From: Phaeosaccion multiseriatum | Lineage: Eukaryota; Protista; Ochrophyta, other classes | DNA: 64,000 nucleotides | Assembly: GCA_965112735.1 (NCBI GenBank) | Contig: OZ218961.1 | Coordinates: forward strand, 2,728,001 to 2,792,000 | Reading direction: 5' to 3' | Shown: positions 58,312-64,000 of the stretch, piece after piece | How the letters are laid out: the number at the start of each line of letters is the position of its first letter | Position numbering within the stretch: position 1 is the stretch's first letter | Made by a program: the position numbers and the translations under genes | Notes under the pieces: model-generated | What the model was told of the DNA's origin: nothing | Seen by the model: only the letters and a program-made list of their open reading frames with translations | The model's database searches: none

Positions 58312-59768
58312 CGACCCGTCACTGTCGCTGCCGGCTTCCAAACGACGTTTGTTATCCGTTTCAATGTTTGTGGAGCGGGTCGTATGCGAGTACCGGTGGT
58401 TGTCGTCTCGAGTATGGAGCGGCAGTGGAGGCCGCGTACTTGTCCTGCTCGCTGGGCCTTGTTGTTGGCGGCGATGCAGGCGGTGCCGGCGTGTTCCGCG
58501 TCGGAGATGGCGGAGTCCAGATCCTCGTTGATCCGTCGGGTTTGCGAGTGATGCGTTTTCTTGGCCGCCTTTTGATGCGACTCGCACTCGATGATGCGAT
58601 GTGCTGTCTTGATGGTGGTGACGGTTGCCGCCAGTGCGTGGGCCTCGCCGTGGTAAGGAGCGCCGACTTCAATGGATGACGCAGAAGTCGATGATTCTAA
58701 AGGCTCATAACCTGAAGATGATGCCCGTTCTCCGTCGCTGGATGTAGATGATGCGAAGGAGAGGTAGGCAGATAGAAGTGGTGTGCGTATGCGTCAGTCA
58801 GCAGTCGTACAAGACTGGCAAGGACTGGGGCAATACGAAGCGGCAGCGGTCAGTTGACAGCGTGCAGGAATGGGGAGCTTGAGGCTCGTGAGACGCCAGT
58901 GGCCGTAGCGAATGACAAACAGAGAGCAAGCAATGGAGCAGCCAGGAGAGGGAAGGGCGACACTCGAGAGTGCAACCTTACCTCGGTGCGGAGAGATATC
59001 TTGTCTTGTCTTGTCTGGTTGTGAGCACTAGTCGTGCCCCTAGTCCCCGAGGGGGGAAGATGAGCGTGGCATGATCGACTGCAAGTTGCAGGCCATGTCA
59101 TCACAGTGTGGGCGCAGAAGGCGCGTCCACAGAACATAAGACTAATATACCATACTCTCTCACACACACACACACCCCTACGCATACCTGTTTAGGGTCA
59201 TTCTGTCGGAACCCTGTAGTTCACAGTTGGCTTGGTTCTTCCAACACGGAAGAGGGGGGGAATGGAGCGAGTTGAGGAGGGCGCTGGAGCGATGGGTGCG
59301 ATGTGTCCGCGCGTCTGGGCTGAGCGAGGCAAGTGGGTGCACAAGTCTTGGCGCTATCAGTTCGTCAGCCCTGTTGAGGACCTAGCAGTGCACCAGAGGA
59401 CAAAATCGGTGAAATATACCATTGGAGCAGTAGCTATGTACAGTGAGGAAGAGGGACGGAGGCGGAGAAAGAGAGATTCCCATTGGTCCTCAACACGTTC
59501 TAATTTATTAGAATAAAATTAAAATAAAAAGAAGGGAAAATAGGCGTTGCTGCCGCGGGTGGGTGGGTGGGCGCTGACCAGTCAGCAAGCAGAGTGTCGA
59601 GGCCGTCACGGTGCGTGAATAGGGACATCGACATCGCGATGTCGACACACACCATCGGCTCTGAAAAGCCCTTCCTGAAAACCAAAAGCGCCCCTCCCTG
59701 TGTAAGACCCACGGCCACAGCTTTGCTTTCGCTCAGCTCAGCTCAGCTCAGCTTAGCTTAGCTTAAGC

Positions 59769-62700
59769 TCAGCCCTCCAGGGGCACTCCCTCTCCCTTCA
59801 TGCCGTACTTGTCGAAGTACTCGGAAACCTTGTCCCAGTTCACCACACTCCAGAAGGCGGCGATGTACTCGGGGCGGCGGTTCTATGGCGGTTACACAAT
59901 ACAGGGTATCAGGGGGGGGAGGGGGGGGGCGGAGGCTTGTATTAGGGAAAAGGGGTTCAGTTCCACGTCTACAGTACGGGGGCGTGGGCGGGTCTGGGCG
60001 ATGAATTAATTCACGCATCACACACACACACTCACGCGCTCACACACTCGTGCACTCACGCACTCACGCACCCACAAGCTGACTTACTTGGTATTTGAGG
60101 TAGTAGGCGTGCTGATGATGTATCGGCATGCCATGGAGGGCGAGGCAAGGAAGGAGGCAAGGCGGGAAAAGGGGGGTGGAAGGGCAAGGCCGAGGGAAGA
60201 GCGTGGGGTGTGTGTGTGGGGGGGGGGGGGGGAGGAACGGAAGCGAGAGGTGAGTAGTCTTCGTTGTTGGGGTGAGTCTTTCGTCATACCCATCCAGTGC
60301 CATCCACAAGCGCAGGTATGATGGTGCCGAACAATCCAACCACTTGAACCCAACTATGACCCGTGTCTTGCTGTTGCTGAGGTCCCATCACTGCCCTTCC
60401 CTTGGCCATTGACATTATAAAGCACTCAGCCCTCTGCACTCAGCCCTCTACACTCAGCGCCCCGAGCAAAAGGCCGTTAGCCTAATATATGGCAGCATAT
60501 GGCTTAACTTACCTCCCACACGTCCTTTGTTGATCACATCAAAATCACACGGCAAAAGGGGGGGGGGTGCAGGAATTGGCAGGAATTTGGGGGGCGGGTT
60601 AGTCCGAGGTCAGAGGGTAAGAAAGAGAGGGAAAGGGAAGGGAAGGGGGAGCACCGGAAGGAAGAAACACCACGGACGCCGCACGTAAGCACAGAAAGGT
60701 AGAGGGACGAGGGAGGGAGGGAGGGAGGGAGGGAGGGAGGGAGGGAGGGAGGGAGGGAGGGAGGGAGGGAGGAAGGGAGGGAGGTGGGTAGCAATGCACT
60801 AGCAGCTCACGAACTAACTCTGGTAGCCTGTTCTTTTCTCCTTCTCTTCTCTCCTCTCTTCTTACCAGGCCCAGGATAGGGATCATGGCGGTGCAGCCCT
60901 GTCCGTCCATCAGCGGGTTGTCCTGTGGGGGGGAGGGGAGAGGGGGGGGGAATACGGGGTGAGGAAGTGTGTGTATGAGAGAGAGAGAGTGTGTGTGTGA
61001 GAGAGAGAGAGAGAGTGGTGTGTGTGTGTGTGTGTGTGTGTGCGTGCGTGCGGAAAGGTCCCTACCCGACCCCACCCTACCCACAAACCTGGTTGGGGGT
61101 GGAGGTGATCTCCAGCTTTCCGTCCTTGACGCCCAGCCTGAGCAGACAGACCAGCGAGAGACATCGAACGAGGACAGAGGACACCACGAAGGACCAAAGG
61201 GGGAAGGGAGAGGAAGAAGGAGAACAACACACCGGCCCAAAGCACAATGCAAACACACGCACACAACGAGGAGACGCTTCAGTTGACTGTCGGCACTCGA
61301 GCGAGGAGGGGGGGGAGTCTTTACATGCCCAGAGCCTACCTCTCCCTCCCTCTCCCTCCCTCCCCCTCCCCCTCTTCCCCGTTTCAGCCGTTACAAAAAA
61401 ACACATGTAACGTACCATGCCCACCCGGAGCCGAACACTCCGGCGGCGGTGGCACCGAACTTCTCCTTCATGGCGTCAGTGGAGCCGAAGGCGGCGTCGA
61501 TGGCCTTCTGCAAGGAGGCAGAGGGCTTTCCGCTCTTGGCCACAGGGGCGAGTGTCTGCCAGAAGAGGCAGTGGTTGTAGTGCCCTGGGGTGGATGGGTG
61601 GGTGGGTGGGTGAGTGGGTGGGTAGGTGGCAGGTAAGTAGATAAGATGTAGGTAGAGGGGTGGATAGATAGATGGGAGGGTAGGTAGACAGAGGATTCTT
61701 GTACGTTTAGTATCGCCTAGCAGGGGGGGCGTCGGAGGAGGGGAGGGGTGCGAGGAACGCACAGAAAAAAACTGACAAGGGGCTGTGGAAAGTCCGCCAC
61801 AGTCTACCTCCCTGTGGATGCATACGGAGGGAACGGAAAGAGCTTTACCCTTGCCTCTTGATGGACAAACGTGAAGCCTCGCAGATGCCTCCTTGCCCCC
61901 CTCCCCTCCTTTGCTTACCTCCGACGGCGTTCTTGTTGCCGTTCTTGATAGCGTCCTTCTGCAGCTCGAGGATGGGCACAGCGTCCTTGCCAGCGATGTA
62001 CTACGGATGGACGGATGGCAGTAGATGGATGGATGAACGGATGGCAATGGACGGATGGATAGAGAGAGAGTTGAGGGTTGTGCTCAGGGTATCAAAGCTC
62101 AGAGGCCGCAAGGAGAAGGGCATGCAGAAGTGGGCAAACGGATGGCACCAGATGGATGGATGAACGGATGGCAATGGATGGATGAAGAGAGGGCCAGAGA
62201 GAGAGAGTTGGAAGAAGTGGGCCATCCCACCACCGGCAAACGGATGCTCGAGCAAGTGACGTGCAAGCAGCAAACGCAAGCACAAACGCAAGCAGCAGCA
62301 GAAGGGAGGAGCCCTATATATATAGTGAGACCCGCGACCCATTGCGTTGATGTGTCACTGGAAGTGATGGAAGTGATATACCTTGTTGCTGTTGGCCACG
62401 TATGCGGCGTGATGCTTATCGTGGTGGAACTTCATGGTGGCAGCGTCAATGGCGGGCTCGAGCGCCTGTGACGGACAGGCATGCACACACACATACACAC
62501 ACATACACACATAAAGAGAGAGAGCAAAGCACACACATATACACACACACGGGGAGGGTGCGGAGGGGAGGGGACGCTAAGATAACAACGGGGAGAGGAA
62601 GGAAGAGAGGAGGGCAGGAAAGACATAAGAGTGGCTCTTCGTGGCGCCAAGAGAGTACTCACGTCGTATCCGTAGGGAAGGTCGGGTACGAAGTAGGGTC

Positions 62701-63572
62701 CGTCAGCGTAAGCGGGGGCGGCAGTTGCCAGCACACCGCCGAAAGCAATGCCTGTCCCAAGTTCAATCAGAGAAGGGAGGACGGAGGGGGGGAGGGAGGG
62801 AGATAGTAAGAGGTGGGACACCAGAGTTGAGTTTGTGGGCTGAAATGAGCGGACATGGACATGCCCTGAGAGGTTCCTTGACGGATATCGAATGCACGTA
62901 CGCCAATCCCGCTGTACGACACTTGCCCTTCGATTCTCAACACCACCCCCCTTCAACATCAACAGACTACAAGGAGTGAATGCCTCTGCCTTCCGGCTTC
63001 TCTACACCCAGATCCAACAGCGCTGGACCAGTAGCAGCACATGTACTCACCAGAGGCGAGAACTCCGGCTCCGGCGGTGGTGAGGGCCTCCCTGCGAGAC
63101 ATGCCCTCGTTCTTGGTGCCCGTGGTCATCTTCATGGTCGTCGTGGCGACGGAGGGCATGAAGGCAAAGGCAGAAGCTGTGCAAGATGTGAGGAGTGCAG
63201 TAGCAGGCAGAAAGAAGAGGGGGGGGGGGGTTGCGATGAGCAGGCATGCGGCAACTAGAAAGGAGGAGAAGGCGAAGATGCGAAAAAGGAAGGACCAGCG
63301 GATCAAATGCTATGCAATGCGCAGAGAGACATCTCATGGCGCGATTGCTGACCTCAAGCATCTGCATCCTCTGCTCATTTCAGCGCTATCCCTCCCCCAC
63401 ACTGCCACGCTCTACTTATACGGGAAGGGAGAGAGCTGGAGGAGAGGGAAGGAAGATGAGTCAAATGTGTCAATTCGCTTTCCCCCGCTTTTCAGCAAAA
63501 CCCCGGAGAAGCAGGCAACAGGCACCTACCCGAGCTTCCCGCCAGAGCGAGGAGGATAGCGGACGTCTTCAT
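59769..63572 (-). CDS. Fe/Mn-family superoxide dismutase, Mn-type, with plastid and thylakoid targeting presequence (282 aa, 11 exons)
   Basis: Exons 63530-63572, 63051-63176, 62663-62751, 62382-62465, 61919-62000, 61416-61584, 61089-61137, 60866-60922, 60513-60524, 60088-60111 and 59769-59882 give 849 nt in phase. Motifs are [42 protein letters not shown] and [21 protein letters not shown] and NQD are Mn-type signatures. Confidence 0.93.
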
Positions 63573-64000
63573 GGTATATCTCTCTTGTGTTAAACAATCC
63601 TTCGTCTTCTCTCTTTCGTCTCCGGGAGCAAAGATACTGGTACCCAATTTATGTGCCTCCCCCCCCAAGTGCATTGACCATAAGTCAACGATACACTCAC
63701 CGCCGCATCAACTAGGGCAGAAGGGGCACCTTTCCTCCCCTGACTGACGACGAGGCCTGTCGGCGAGTAGAATAAGGTACTAATCCGTATGAAGATGGGG
63801 AAAATAAAGAAACGCGCGACGTAAGGTACCGGAAGCTTCCGGAATGGCGGAGAAGGCCGAAGCAAGCAATGCAAAAACATCACCGGAAAGGCTCCAAGAG
63901 GAAGGGAGCGCTCCTGCGGAGGGAGAACCACTCTCGAGGAGCCAGCTTGCCCAGAAGGTGACAGGGTGTTCCCGCCAGAGAGTGACCACAGTAGTCTCTG

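Noticed and set aside
58290-59520. Several 60-130 aa ORFs between the giant gene and SOD
   Set aside because: No recognisable motifs and no consistent splice model; ORFs of this size are expected in GC-rich DNA.
59728-59772. (GCTCA/GCTTA)n pentamer run as a telomere-like or regulatory repeat
   Set aside because: A short microsatellite next to the SOD stop codon that does not match a telomere unit.
61570-61935. Fe-type assignment of the SOD
   Set aside because: It lacks the Fe-type AAQ..NH signature and has GGHYNH plus NQD. Cambialism cannot be excluded from sequence alone.

Overview
Eukaryotic, GC-rich DNA with GT-AG introns. An ASAF-type bipartite plastid presequence points to an alga with a secondary red plastid, most likely an ochrophyte. 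All gene models were spliced by hand and checked for phase; none was checked by database search. (1) 1-19.2 kb is a duplicated block: three near-identical 10-exon alpha2delta-like (dCache/VWA) membrane-protein genes whose transmembrane segments are unrelated to each other. The block also holds decayed gene fragments, a 4-exon secreted TIMP-like+Kazal gene that the ORF track shows only as fragments, and a UBL/RING-H2 pseudogene. (2) 19.4-24.6 kb (-) is an OPR/HPR-type helical-repeat gene. (3) 24.9-58.0 kb (+) is one 11-exon gene of about 9,916 aa: C2, 26 tandem Tudor-like repeats with RG linkers, many EF-hands, four PUB domains, WD40, a split pseudokinase and terminal EF-hands. (4) 59.8-63.6 kb (-) is an 11-exon Mn-type SOD with a signal+transit+twin-arginine presequence. 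The most unexplained signal is a 15-mer, CAGTTGGTGATACAG. It recurs 8 times perfectly and several more times nearly perfectly inside coding sequence, on both strands and as three different peptides.
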